Source: TPA_inf: Saccharomyces (taxonomy: Eukaryota). From it: a stretch of DNA of 64,000 nucleotides. The notes under the pieces were generated by a model that had not been told where the DNA came from, ran no database searches, and worked only from the letters and a program-made list of their open reading frames with translations. The DNA lies in the NCBI GenBank assembly GCA_000146045.2, contig BK006946.2, forward strand, positions 640,001 through 704,000. The letters run 5' to 3'. This document shows, in pieces, positions 19,745 to 30,062 of this stretch (its first letter is position 1; each line of letters opens with the position of its first letter). Both the position numbers and the translations under genes were made by a program.

Positions 19745-21529
19745 ATGAATAACTCCAAAATTCCTAAACTTTCCTTTCATAGTGATCCAAACAACGTCAC
19801 TCGAGACTTTCCAAAGACAAAACGACAGAAGGTTCAGAAAAGAGAAATGGATATGATACTAACTCCTAATAACAACAAGCTAAATATATTGCACAGCTCT
19901 GGATCTGGTATACGGCGCTGCTACACTGATGACACCTCCGCTACGTATACTAAGAAACTAACCTTTGGGGGGGACCCCAAGATTATTGAAAGGGTTAAGA
20001 ACAATGAACGTAAGGTTAGAAAAGACATAGATTCACTACTGAATGCTATTTCTGAAATTGAAAAGGAATCTGTTCGTATTCATGCCAGGGAACTACCTGC
20101 AATAACATTAGAATTAGATGCAAAAGTCAAAGCGTGCAGGGAGCTACAAAATGAGATTGATGGACTATCAACGGAGATGGACTTGAAGGATAATCAATGT
20201 GATCTTCAAAGAAAGAATGTTGAGCTATCATCAAAAAATATAGTGTCTATGCATGCAGTAAAAGTACAAGAGTTCGAAAACGATTTAGAGGAAGAGCTAT
20301 CGAATGCCAAAAGGGAGTGGACGTATAAATTAATGGAAGTAGAAAATTTGAAACCTGACGAAAGGTTAACTGACGAAATGCGACAGCTTAAAACAGAATT
20401 CGAGGAGGTCAATAGGAAACTATTCATTCTACAGAATGAAAATGAGAACGAGTGTAAAAACTACAAAAAAGAATTGGACAAGAAATTCGAGATATTCAAG
20501 AAAGTTAAGAACGATGCTAGAATTGAATTAGATGGGGAGCAAGAAAGACTTTCGAAAGTTTTAAAAGACCTACAAGACACCCATGGTGAACTGAAAGAAA
20601 ATATTAAGACGTGTAGAGATGAGTTTAACGATTTTGAAAAAAGGATTGGAGAGGCAGAAGTGAACTTCCATAGCATGGAACTTGCCGTTGTTCCTCTCAA
20701 AAAGAAGCTTGCTTCTACATCACAAGCATTGACGCAAGTGCAGGAGGAGAAGAAGCAAGTCGAAGGAGAAGCAAACAATTGGAAGAAGAAGTACGTTAAT
20801 GAACTAGAAAAGGTTCAACAGGAATTATACACACGACAAAATCTGGCCACTTCAATTGAAGAAATCAAAGGATACACCCGATGCTTTGCGTATGCCAATG
20901 AACGACAAATGCCTGATGAATTCCATATCAACTATGTGGATCGGTGCATTTGCGAGAATAGTGGAGAAAAACGGGTACAAGTATTTGATAGAGTAGTTCT
21001 CGAAGAAATCCATAAGGATCACAAACGCTTATATAACGAATGCATTCCGTTCCTGGAAAAATACATCAGCAAGTTAATTAACTGCAGCATTATAGTGGTT
21101 TCGCAGCAACCCACAGCACCAATGAAAAAGACTTTGCTAAAACAGTTAATTGAGCAGTACGGTGAGAATTATAAGATGACATTGAACATTTTGCATCTTG
21201 ACGGAAGTATTAAACACAGTGACGTTGGATTAGATAACCCAACAGAAATTAGAGATCTGTCACAAGATGAAGAATGCATGAACATTTTAACTTTAGATAC
21301 CAAGTTGGGAAAAGATGAAGAGTCCCATTCAATGAATATATATATCGGTAGTATGTCCACGGTACAGCTGAATAGAGAGCTTGATGATGCTCCCTCAGTC
21401 CTTTCGCATATTCTCACTAAAACAAAGCAGTGCTTTGTCTTCAAGATTAACGCTGGTGAAAACATCGAGAAGGCTCTAGCCTTAGCGGGAAAGCTGAAAA
21501 GAACAATAACATTACCTCAGCTAGATTAA
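19745..21529 (+). CDS. CIK1: Kar3-associated coiled-coil protein Cik1, 594 aa
   Basis: The ORF-track start at 19700 is a TTG. The first ATG at 19745 gives MNNSKIPKLSFHSDP... and 594 aa. A long central coiled coil is present. Confidence 0.9.
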   Translation: MNNSKIPKLSFHSDPNNVTRDFPKTKRQKVQKREMDMILTPNNNKLNILHSSGSGIRRCYTDDTSATYTKKLTFGGDPKIIERVKNNERKVRKDIDSLLNAISEIEKESVRIHARELPAITLELDAKVKACRELQNEIDGLSTEMDLKDNQCDLQRKNVELSSKNIVSMHAVKVQEFENDLEEELSNAKREWTYKLMEVENLKPDERLTDEMRQLKTEFEEVNRKLFILQNENENECKNYKKELDKKFEIFKKVKNDARIELDGEQERLSKVLKDLQDTHGELKENIKTCRDEFNDFEKRIGEAEVNFHSMELAVVPLKKKLASTSQALTQVQEEKKQVEGEANNWKKKYVNELEKVQQELYTRQNLATSIEEIKGYTRCFAYANERQMPDEFHINYVDRCICENSGEKRVQVFDRVVLEEIHKDHKRLYNECIPFLEKYISKLINCSIIVVSQQPTAPMKKTLLKQLIEQYGENYKMTLNILHLDGSIKHSDVGLDNPTEIRDLSQDEECMNILTLDTKLGKDEESHSMNIYIGSMSTVQLNRELDDAPSVLSHILTKTKQCFVFKINAGENIEKALALAGKLKRTITLPQLD

Positions 21530-22035
21530 GAAGGCCAGATCTTGTGCGCTACAATCACTTCGTCTCGTTCCCTTACATAAAAAACTTACGTAGCTACATT
21601 GTCGTGCGTGGCATCAACCTAATTATCCTAGCAAAATAAAAGAGAATGTTACGGGACTAACAGGCGGATGTAAATTACTCACTTAAACGCAGCCAAACAT
21701 CATCGAGAACTTAGGGTAGCGTGCCACAAAATTTGCATGAATAAACTTTTGTTTTCCTAATTCGACAGCATTCCCTTGTTCGCAACACTTCACTGATAGG
21801 AAATCGAATAGCGCACACTCTCTTCTGGGACATACCCCAATGCGGTAAAGCCACGAAAACACCGCGCGTAAAGGGGTAAACAAGTCCATTCCTACAACCT
21901 CTTGGAGAAATTCTTTACCTACTACAACCCCGCGCCTGATACTTTCAGTATTCATGACAACTCGAGCCAGATCCCGCTCGTGGGCGTGTTCATTCTGTGA
22001 CGATCCACTAGCGACTTCTTTGTTCAGCCTGCAAG

Positions 22036-22095
22036 AGACGCGTTCAAGGAAGAATTCGCGATTTTACTTCTTCGAGGGAATCTCGCACCGCGTTA
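22036..22095. promoter_or_regulatory. Cluster of MCB-like elements in the CLN1 upstream activating region, about -610 to -550 from the ATG. An SCB CACGAAA also lies further upstream at 21852..21858.
   Basis: ACGCGT (22038..22043), TTCGCGA (22055..22061) and CCGCGTT (22088..22094) are seen directly. CLN1 G1/S transcription through MCB-like repeats is established. Confidence 0.5.
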
Positions 22096-22643
22096 GTTAG
22101 TTTCCAACCTTGAAAGCATCGGAGACGCATTTTTGGCGATTTTGCTGGATTGAGCTGAATGGTGCCAGGTCGAGGCTGGGAGGGAGACTAACTCGAAAGT
22201 GACGAAGACTCGAAAATTAAAAAAAAAGATACTGCAGAAGGCAAGATTGAGAATGGAGTAAAGGCAGCGTGGGTCCCCTGTGGAAACCGCAGTTTTCCTG
22301 CGCCAAGTGGTACCGGTGCGAGTGCAGCAATTAATCTCTCGATATTTTCTTAGTATCTCTTTTTATATAAGAATATATTTTGGAATTGGTAATGCTTATC
22401 TTCAATAGTTTCTTAGTTGAATGCACACTTAAGAGCAAATTGGCCAAGGAGTTCTTCGTTCGCTTTAATTTATTTCCTGGTTATTGTCAATTTATTCATC
22501 CCATCTCCCCAGGATAGAAGAAATTAGTGTAATTTTGCTGACAATACATTTTAACGACGATAACAATAATAGCAATTAAATAAAATAGCACTACCACCAC
22601 TCCACTGCTCGTTAGCTATTTCTGTAAAATAAATAAAAAGATC

Positions 22644-24284
22644 ATGAACCACTCAGAAGTGAAAACTGGGTTAATTGTCACTGCAAAGCAGACATATTAC
22701 CCAATTGAATTGTCCAATGCAGAACTACTAACTCATTACGAAACCATACAGGAATATCACGAGGAAATCTCTCAAAATGTGCTGGTCCAATCTTCCAAGA
22801 CAAAACCAGACATAAAATTGATCGATCAGCAACCGGAGATGAATCCTCATCAAACTAGAGAAGCCATAGTAACATTTTTGTATCAACTTTCAGTGATGAC
22901 TAGAGTAAGTAATGGTATCTTCTTCCACGCTGTCAGGTTCTACGATCGCTATTGCTCTAAGAGAGTAGTGTTAAAGGACCAAGCTAAACTAGTTGTAGGC
23001 ACCTGCCTTTGGTTAGCGGCCAAAACTTGGGGAGGGTGCAACCATATTATAAACAACGTCTCCATCCCCACAGGTGGTAGGTTTTATGGTCCCAATCCTA
23101 GAGCTCGTATTCCACGCCTTTCTGAATTGGTTCATTATTGCGGCGGGTCCGATTTATTCGATGAATCAATGTTCATTCAAATGGAAAGACATATCTTGGA
23201 TACTCTGAACTGGGACGTTTATGAGCCCATGATTAATGACTACATTTTAAACGTTGACGAAAATTGTTTGATACAATATGAACTTTACAAAAACCAGTTA
23301 CAAAATAACAATAGCAACGGCAAAGAATGGTCCTGTAAGAGAAAGTCACAATCTTCTGACGACAGTGATGCCACAGTGGAAGAACATATCAGTAGTTCAC
23401 CGCAAAGTACTGGACTAGATGGCGATACAACTACCATGGATGAAGATGAAGAACTAAATTCCAAAATTAAATTGATAAATTTGAAAAGATTCTTAATTGA
23501 TCTGAGCTGTTGGCAATACAACTTGCTTAAATTCGAATTATACGAAATATGCAATGGTATGTTTTCTATAATAAACAAATTCACTAATCAAGATCAAGGC
23601 CCTTTTCTCTCTATGCCCATTGGTAATGATATAAACTCAAACACTCAAACGCAGGTATTCAGCATTATCATCAATGGCATAGTCAATTCTCCCCCATCTT
23701 TAGTCGAAGTTTATAAGGAGCAATATGGTATAGTACCTTTCATATTACAAGTAAAAGATTATAACTTGGAATTACAAAAGAAACTGCAACTGGCCTCTAC
23801 AATAGACCTAACCAGAAAAATTGCTGTCAATTCTCGTTACTTTGACCAAAATGCCTCTTCATCATCAGTTTCTTCTCCAAGCACATATTCTTCGGGAACC
23901 AATTATACTCCAATGCGAAACTTCAGTGCACAATCAGACAACAGTGTTTTCAGTACTACCAACATTGACCATTCATCGCCGATCACCCCTCACATGTACA
24001 CTTTTAATCAGTTTAAAAACGAAAGTGCTTGTGACAGTGCCATAAGCGTAAGCAGTCTACCTAATCAAACCCAAAATGGTAACATGCCATTATCAAGCAA
24101 TTATCAGAATATGATGCTAGAAGAAAGGAATAAAGAGAATAGAATTCCCAACTCATCATCCGCTGAAATACCACAACGTGCCAAATTTATGACGACTGGT
24201 ATATTCCAGAACACAGGAGAACTTACTAATAGAGCGTCTTCGATATCGCTATCGTTAAGGAACCACAATAGCTCTCAACTGTGA
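22644..24284 (+). CDS. CLN1: G1 cyclin Cln1, 546 aa
   Basis: ATG 22644 verified. A cyclin box sits in the N-terminal half and the C-terminus is S/T/N-rich and PEST-like. Upstream MCB/SCB elements are listed separately. Confidence 0.95.
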   Translation: MNHSEVKTGLIVTAKQTYYPIELSNAELLTHYETIQEYHEEISQNVLVQSSKTKPDIKLIDQQPEMNPHQTREAIVTFLYQLSVMTRVSNGIFFHAVRFYDRYCSKRVVLKDQAKLVVGTCLWLAAKTWGGCNHIINNVSIPTGGRFYGPNPRARIPRLSELVHYCGGSDLFDESMFIQMERHILDTLNWDVYEPMINDYILNVDENCLIQYELYKNQLQNNNSNGKEWSCKRKSQSSDDSDATVEEHISSSPQSTGLDGDTTTMDEDEELNSKIKLINLKRFLIDLSCWQYNLLKFELYEICNGMFSIINKFTNQDQGPFLSMPIGNDINSNTQTQVFSIIINGIVNSPPSLVEVYKEQYGIVPFILQVKDYNLELQKKLQLASTIDLTRKIAVNSRYFDQNASSSSVSSPSTYSSGTNYTPMRNFSAQSDNSVFSTTNIDHSSPITPHMYTFNQFKNESACDSAISVSSLPNQTQNGNMPLSSNYQNMMLEERNKENRIPNSSSAEIPQRAKFMTTGIFQNTGELTNRASSISLSLRNHNSSQL

Positions 24285-24751
24285 CCATTTTCTCATCAAG
24301 CCTACATATATACTTAATTAATAACGGAATACTACGCTTTTCCATCGTAAGTAATAATGACATTCATACTTGACATTTTAATACCAGATAATTTTAATGC
24401 CCACCTACAAACATCTAGCCTCAATATTCTTCACCTGAAACCAGCTGAATAGTAATATACCAATATTCTTTCAACGATTGATATAATTATCATCATGAAC
24501 GGAAAAGATGACGCGATTTTCCAGTATTTTTTTCTTCCTTTCGTTCTAACGTTTGCGGTAAGCAAAGGAGAGTAGTAATTAGCAAACAGTTATAAATAGA
24601 AAGCCTCTCTAAGATTATAGATATATAGTCATACTAAAGCTTGAGATCTCATCTTTTTCGAGAACCTACCGGCATATTAAACTGAAGTAAGACATCATTC
24701 TGAGGAAAGGATCGGTATTATAACCATTATTATTTGTTGCACTTTATTACT

Positions 24752-25522
24752 ATGTGGTCGAAAAAGTTTACATTAAAAAAGCTAATCTTAGGCGGGTATT
24801 TGTTTGCTCAAAAGGTCTATTGTGAAGACGAAAGTAACTCTATATACGGTACCTGGTCATCTAAATCAAATCAAGTGTTCACGGGACCGGGGTTTTATGA
24901 TCCCGTAGATGAACTATTGATAGAACCTTCATTGCCCGGGCTTAGCTATTCGTTCACTGAAGATGGTTGGTACGAAGAAGCTACTTACCAGGTAAGTGGC
25001 AATCCTCGTAACCCAACTTGCCCCATGGCTTCGTTGATTTATCAGCATGGTACATATAACATTTCAGAAAACGGTACGTTAGTTCTGAATCCTATTGAAG
25101 TTGACGGTAGACAACTATTCAGCGACCCATGCAATGATGACGGAGTTTCGACTTATTCTAGATATAACCAAACAGAAACTTTCAAGGAATATGCCGTAGG
25201 TATAGATCCTTACCATGGTATTTACACCCTGCAATTGTACCAATATGATGGTACTCCAATGCAACCACTATATTTGGCTTATAGACCACCAATGATGCTT
25301 CCAACAGAAACTTTGAACCCAACATCGTCAGCGACCAGCACTGACGACCCATCCTCTAATAAGAAAAGATCACTGAGAAGTTTAGTGAGGAGGAGCCTGG
25401 AAAACAGACACAAGACGAATGCCATTAAAAGACAAAATACCTCATTTTTAACCTCCAATGCCATTTGGTATATTTCTGCGGGTATGCTAGGTGTAGGTTC
25501 ATTATTATTTTTAGCATTTTAG
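24752..25522 (+). CDS. ROT1: ER membrane protein Rot1, 256 aa
   Basis: The protein starts MWSKKFTLKKLILGGYLFAQKVYC (signal peptide) at ATG 24752. An in-frame ATG 6 codons upstream at 24734 would give 262 aa. A C-terminal transmembrane segment is present (IWYISAGMLGVGSLLFLAF). Confidence 0.88.
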   Translation: MWSKKFTLKKLILGGYLFAQKVYCEDESNSIYGTWSSKSNQVFTGPGFYDPVDELLIEPSLPGLSYSFTEDGWYEEATYQVSGNPRNPTCPMASLIYQHGTYNISENGTLVLNPIEVDGRQLFSDPCNDDGVSTYSRYNQTETFKEYAVGIDPYHGIYTLQLYQYDGTPMQPLYLAYRPPMMLPTETLNPTSSATSTDDPSSNKKRSLRSLVRRSLENRHKTNAIKRQNTSFLTSNAIWYISAGMLGVGSLLFLAF

Positions 25523-25844
25523 GCGCACTACAGGGATACTTATTCAACCAATGGGGGAAAGAGGCCCCATGTGGCCTTCAAATAAATATTAAAAACTATA
25601 AACATATAAGGCAAAACAACTTTATCAGGCGAGAAAGAGAAGCAAGAATAGGTGTAATTTTATGCACCCAAGGAATTGATTGTAATCATATTATTAAATA
25701 AGGTGGATGAATAAAAGATTTTCAAACCAGTTTTTCCGAGATAGTTAATTATGTACGAGTGACAAATGGGATATCAATCAATGAACACAATCAAAACACC
25801 TTATTATGACTTTCTTGTTATATTCTTATATACATAACCAACAT

Positions 25845-27044
25845 TTAAATGTCAATTTCTTCAGTTTCTAGCCCGCAGTCTGTACATCTTCTTCTTTGAA
25901 TTTGATAACCGTCTTCATCAATACCTCCATCAACTGGATCACTAAAATGATGAATATGGGCTTTCCCATGCTTCTTTTCTCTTAATCTATTAGTATATTC
26001 TTGAGCTCTTGTTTTCAGTCGCATTTCCTTGATTTTCTTTTCGTATTTTTTCTCCCTTCTGTGAGCCTTTCCTTCTTCACGACGTTGCCATTCCTCATCT
26101 AAACCTTCTTCTCCACCCCATTTCTTGAACGCAAAGGCTTCCACTTCACATCTAACAAATAGTTGCATTCTTGCAAATGTCCCCGAATGAGGGTTCGGCT
26201 TTTCTAGTCTATGAAAGAGATCCTCATCATTCAATTCGGGGTCTGTTAAAAAGTAATCTTCCTTACATTCTGTTTTCGTCAGTAGTGCATACTTTTCTGG
26301 ATGCTCCTTAGAACACTGTTTACAAACTTGTAACTTGAACACATCATGTAGCACAGGATCCATCTCAATATTAATATGACATTCAATACATTTCGGCGCC
26401 TTTGAAATATGCTCTGGAGGAGGTGCATTTTCGTACAGCATTTTCCGTTCAAGTTGTTCCTTTTTCCAGTCCTGTAGTGTCTTCTGCTTTTTAGATCCAA
26501 ACTCAGATTCAAATTCTTGGTCATCGGTAAAGTCAGAATTTGGAAGCTTGTCCTTAGGGTTGATATAACCACCATTCAAGTTCTGCATGGTGGCAAAATC
26601 GTACTCAATGTAATCTTGTTTCCTTATGCTAGGTCTGATTCTATCCGTTGGCCTTTTGTCGAGTACCGACGCATCCCTTTTACTTCCATCAACTACTCCG
26701 CTACCATAAAGTGAAGTAGTGTTAGTGTTAGTGTTAGCAAGCGCAGACGGTTGTCCATTATGATTTGGCACATGTACTGCGGCTGCTGCATTATCATCCC
26801 GATTGCTGCCACTAGTAACTGCGAGAGGCCGGGTTTTTAAAGGTTCATTCCTACTTTCTATTCGATTCAATTGGTCGCTACTCAGTATTCCCCTTTTTCT
26901 TAACCGTTCTATTGCTAATTTCCTGTTAGCCTCCTGCACAGCTCATCTCATCGTTAAATTGTTAGTAAAAAGAAACCCACGGTTAAAATACAAACACAGA
27001 ATCATTTTCACACATACTAGTTTGGCCTTTTGTTCGGGAGTCAT
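25845..27044 (-). CDS. RAD14: NER damage-recognition protein Rad14 (XPA homologue), spliced: exon 1 27018..27044, intron 26934..27017, exon 2 25845..26933, giving 371 aa
   Basis: Exon 1 ATGACTCCCGAACAAAAGGCCAAACTA (MTPEQKAKL) is followed by GTATGTG. The branch point TACTAAC is plus-strand gttagta at 26961..26967. After the 3' CAG, exon 2 begins EANRKLAIERL. The XPA-type zinc finger CIECHINIEMDPVLHDVFKLQVCKQC is present. The ORF-track M at 26939 is an intronic GTG. Confidence 0.93.
26934..27017 (-). other. RAD14 intron, 84 nt
   Basis: GTATGT 5' splice site, TACTAAC branch point, CAG 3' splice site. It follows a 27-nt first exon. Confidence 0.88.
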
Positions 27045-27351
27045 AGCGTTACGTTCGATACCTTCACTACGAAGATCCAAACTCTTTTTCTAGTTCCGAT
27101 AAATTCCTTACCTTCTTTTCACTTTCCTCTTTTCTCCCTACAACTTAGCAAACGTCAAACATGCTGTAGATAGAGCTTCTATAGAAGTACAGTTATTCAA
27201 ACAAAAAAAAAAAAAAAAACAAGGGTTGTGGAGTATGCCACTAGCAGTCTGCTATGTTGATTCTGCTTATTATCAACGAAGTATCCCATTATGATCTTAT
27301 GCAATGCACATTCCTGCCCTTACGCTCCAGGGCAGAATCGAACCACGGCCC

Positions 27352-27358
27352 TCGTATA
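27352..27358 (+). promoter_or_regulatory. Sterol response element TCGTATA (Upc2/Ecm22 site) in the ERG2 promoter, about 185 bp upstream of the ATG
   Basis: Exact 7-mer TCGTATA within the locally GC-rich segment cagaatcgaaccacggccctcgtataagccgc. Confidence 0.5.
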
Positions 27359-27536
27359 AGCCGCAAGGAAAACTACCGGTGCTATCGTTCTCGTTTGGAT
27401 GATTTTCAGTATGGAAGAATTTGGATAGATCTGCAGCGCCATGGTATATAAGAGAAAGAAGCGGTAACGTTTGACACTGGGTTCAGATCTCTCTTGTCGC
27501 TCAATCAAACTAAGACTAGCCCAGACCATTATAGCC

Positions 27537-28205
27537 ATGAAGTTTTTCCCACTCCTTTTGTTGATTGGTGTTGTAGGCTACATTATGAACGTATTGTTCA
27601 CTACCTGGTTGCCAACCAATTACATGTTCGATCCAAAAACTTTGAACGAAATATGTAACTCGGTGATTAGCAAACACAACGCAGCAGAAGGTTTATCCAC
27701 TGAAGACCTGTTACAGGATGTCAGAGACGCACTTGCCTCTCATTACGGGGACGAATACATCAACAGGTACGTCAAAGAAGAATGGGTCTTCAACAATGCT
27801 GGTGGTGCGATGGGCCAAATGATCATCCTACACGCTTCCGTATCCGAGTACTTAATTCTATTCGGAACCGCTGTTGGTACTGAAGGGCACACAGGTGTTC
27901 ACTTTGCTGACGACTATTTTACCATCTTACATGGTACGCAAATCGCAGCATTGCCATATGCCACTGAAGCCGAAGTTTACACTCCTGGTATGACTCATCA
28001 CTTGAAGAAGGGATACGCCAAGCAATACAGCATGCCAGGTGGTTCCTTTGCCCTTGAATTGGCTCAAGGCTGGATTCCATGTATGTTGCCATTCGGGTTT
28101 TTGGACACTTTCTCCAGTACTCTTGATTTATACACTCTATATAGAACTGTCTACCTGACTGCCAGGGACATGGGTAAGAACTTGTTGCAAAACAAAAAGT
28201 TCTAA
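27537..28205 (+). CDS. ERG2: C-8 sterol isomerase Erg2, 222 aa
   Basis: The protein starts [19 protein letters not shown] (N-terminal transmembrane segment) at ATG 27537. An in-frame ATG 22 codons upstream at 27471 would give the 244-aa ORF-track frame. The sigma-1-receptor-like fold matches Erg2p. Confidence 0.92.
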
Positions 28206-28255
28206 GCTGCCCGACCTCACGAAATCAGTCATGCGGTAGTCCATTATAATATAAC

Positions 28256-28312
28256 TATTATTATTATTACTATTACTATTATTATTATTATTATTATTAT
28301 CTATTGTTTATA
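28256..28312. repeat. (ATT)n / (ACT) trinucleotide microsatellite just 3' of ERG2
   Basis: tattattattattactattactattattattattattattattatctatt seen directly. Confidence 0.9.
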
Positions 28313-28491
28313 TTCTCTTTAGCTTTTTATCACCTACGACGACGGATATATTCGGCGTTTGCAAAAAGTGAAAAAGGCGTCTTTTGGTGGACATGAACTC
28401 AATCTTCAATTCTTTGAAAGCGGTGTATGCGTATAAGGCCTTTTAACCATCGTGCAAAACAATAAAAGACTACCAATAACCGACGTGAATC

Positions 28492-29655
28492 ATGTCTGCA
28501 CCAACTCCATTAGCAGAGGCCTCTCAAATTCCCACTATCCCGGCCCTTTCTCCTTTGACTGCGAAGCAATCCAAGGGGAATTTCTTCTCCTCAAACCCAA
28601 TATCTAGCTTTGTTGTGGATACGTACAAACAATTGCATTCTCACAGACAATCTTTGGAGCTGGTCAATCCCGGTACCGTGGAAAACCTGAATAAGGAAGT
28701 CTCCCGTGACGTGTTTTTGTCTCAGTATTTTTTCACCGGGCTAAGAGCTGATTTGAATAAGGCATTTTCCATGAATCCTGCTTTTCAAACCTCACACACT
28801 TTCTCTATAGGTTCCCAAGCATTGCCTAAGTACGCATTCTCCGCATTGTTTGCCAACGATAACCTATTTGCTCAAGGTAATATCGACAACGATTTATCTG
28901 TTTCCGGTAGATTAAACTATGGTTGGGATAAGAAAAACATTTCTAAGGTCAACCTACAGATATCAGATGGCCAACCAACAATGTGTCAGTTAGAACAAGA
29001 CTATCAGGCTTCCGATTTTTCTGTGAACGTAAAGACATTGAACCCTTCGTTCTCTGAGAAGGGCGAATTCACAGGTGTTGCTGTTGCATCTTTTCTACAA
29101 AGTGTTACTCCTCAATTAGCTTTAGGTTTAGAAACTTTATACTCCAGAACTGACGGTAGCGCTCCAGGTGATGCTGGTGTTTCATACTTGACTCGTTATG
29201 TCTCCAAGAAGCAAGATTGGATTTTTTCGGGCCAATTGCAAGCCAACGGTGCTTTAATTGCATCGCTATGGAGAAAAGTAGCACAAAATGTCGAGGCAGG
29301 TATCGAAACTACATTACAAGCTGGTATGGTTCCTATTACTGATCCATTGATGGGCACTCCAATTGGTATTCAACCTACTGTCGAGGGTTCTACCACTATT
29401 GGTGCTAAGTATGAATACAGACAATCTGTATATCGTGGTACATTAGATTCCAATGGTAAGGTTGCATGTTTTCTAGAAAGAAAAGTTCTGCCAACTCTGT
29501 CCGTTTTATTTTGCGGTGAAATCGATCATTTCAAGAACGATACCAAGATTGGTTGCGGTCTACAATTTGAAACTGCTGGTAATCAAGAATTACTAATGTT
29601 ACAACAAGGTTTAGACGCAGATGGTAACCCATTGCAAGCTCTTCCTCAATTGTGA
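28492..29655 (+). CDS. TOM40: Mitochondrial outer-membrane import channel Tom40, 387 aa
   Basis: ATG 28492 verified. 387 aa. Alternating beta-strand pattern. Sequence matches Tom40p. Confidence 0.95.
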   Translation: MSAPTPLAEASQIPTIPALSPLTAKQSKGNFFSSNPISSFVVDTYKQLHSHRQSLELVNPGTVENLNKEVSRDVFLSQYFFTGLRADLNKAFSMNPAFQTSHTFSIGSQALPKYAFSALFANDNLFAQGNIDNDLSVSGRLNYGWDKKNISKVNLQISDGQPTMCQLEQDYQASDFSVNVKTLNPSFSEKGEFTGVAVASFLQSVTPQLALGLETLYSRTDGSAPGDAGVSYLTRYVSKKQDWIFSGQLQANGALIASLWRKVAQNVEAGIETTLQAGMVPITDPLMGTPIGIQPTVEGSTTIGAKYEYRQSVYRGTLDSNGKVACFLERKVLPTLSVLFCGEIDHFKNDTKIGCGLQFETAGNQELLMLQQGLDADGNPLQALPQL

Positions 29656-30062
29656 AAATCTTCCCTTGGCTTTTTTATGGTTGAATAAATAATCATTGTT
29701 TTTATCTTTCCTATGCTTTTTTTTTATTAATTTGTGTAACGACTTCTCCCTCCAGCATACGCTCCCAGACTTTTTTGTTTTTGTTTTAATATAAATAATT
29801 ATGTATATACGTGGGCACCAAGTTGAGGGGGAATTCCTTGTTTATAGTTATGATACGTCTCATATCCTTGTCCTTACTTTCACAATGGTCTAAAATAAAA
29901 GACAAGAAAACAAAACTGCAAATATATTAAATTCTATTTTTCTTTTTTAGAAGAAGCTATTAATAATAGATCAAATGTTCCAGCCATTTATATTCACATT
30001 GTATACTCCTTCACTTTGGTTTACACCTACATTCATTTGTGCAGTTATGCTTTGAACTTCAT

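Noticed and set aside
27300-27370. Possible tRNA gene on the minus strand (GGTTCGATTC T-loop-like motif)
   Set aside because: No acceptor stem, D-arm or anticodon arm can be folded. The putative T-stem flanks (CCGTG / CTGCC) do not pair. The segment is better explained as ERG2 promoter containing the SRE TCGTATA.
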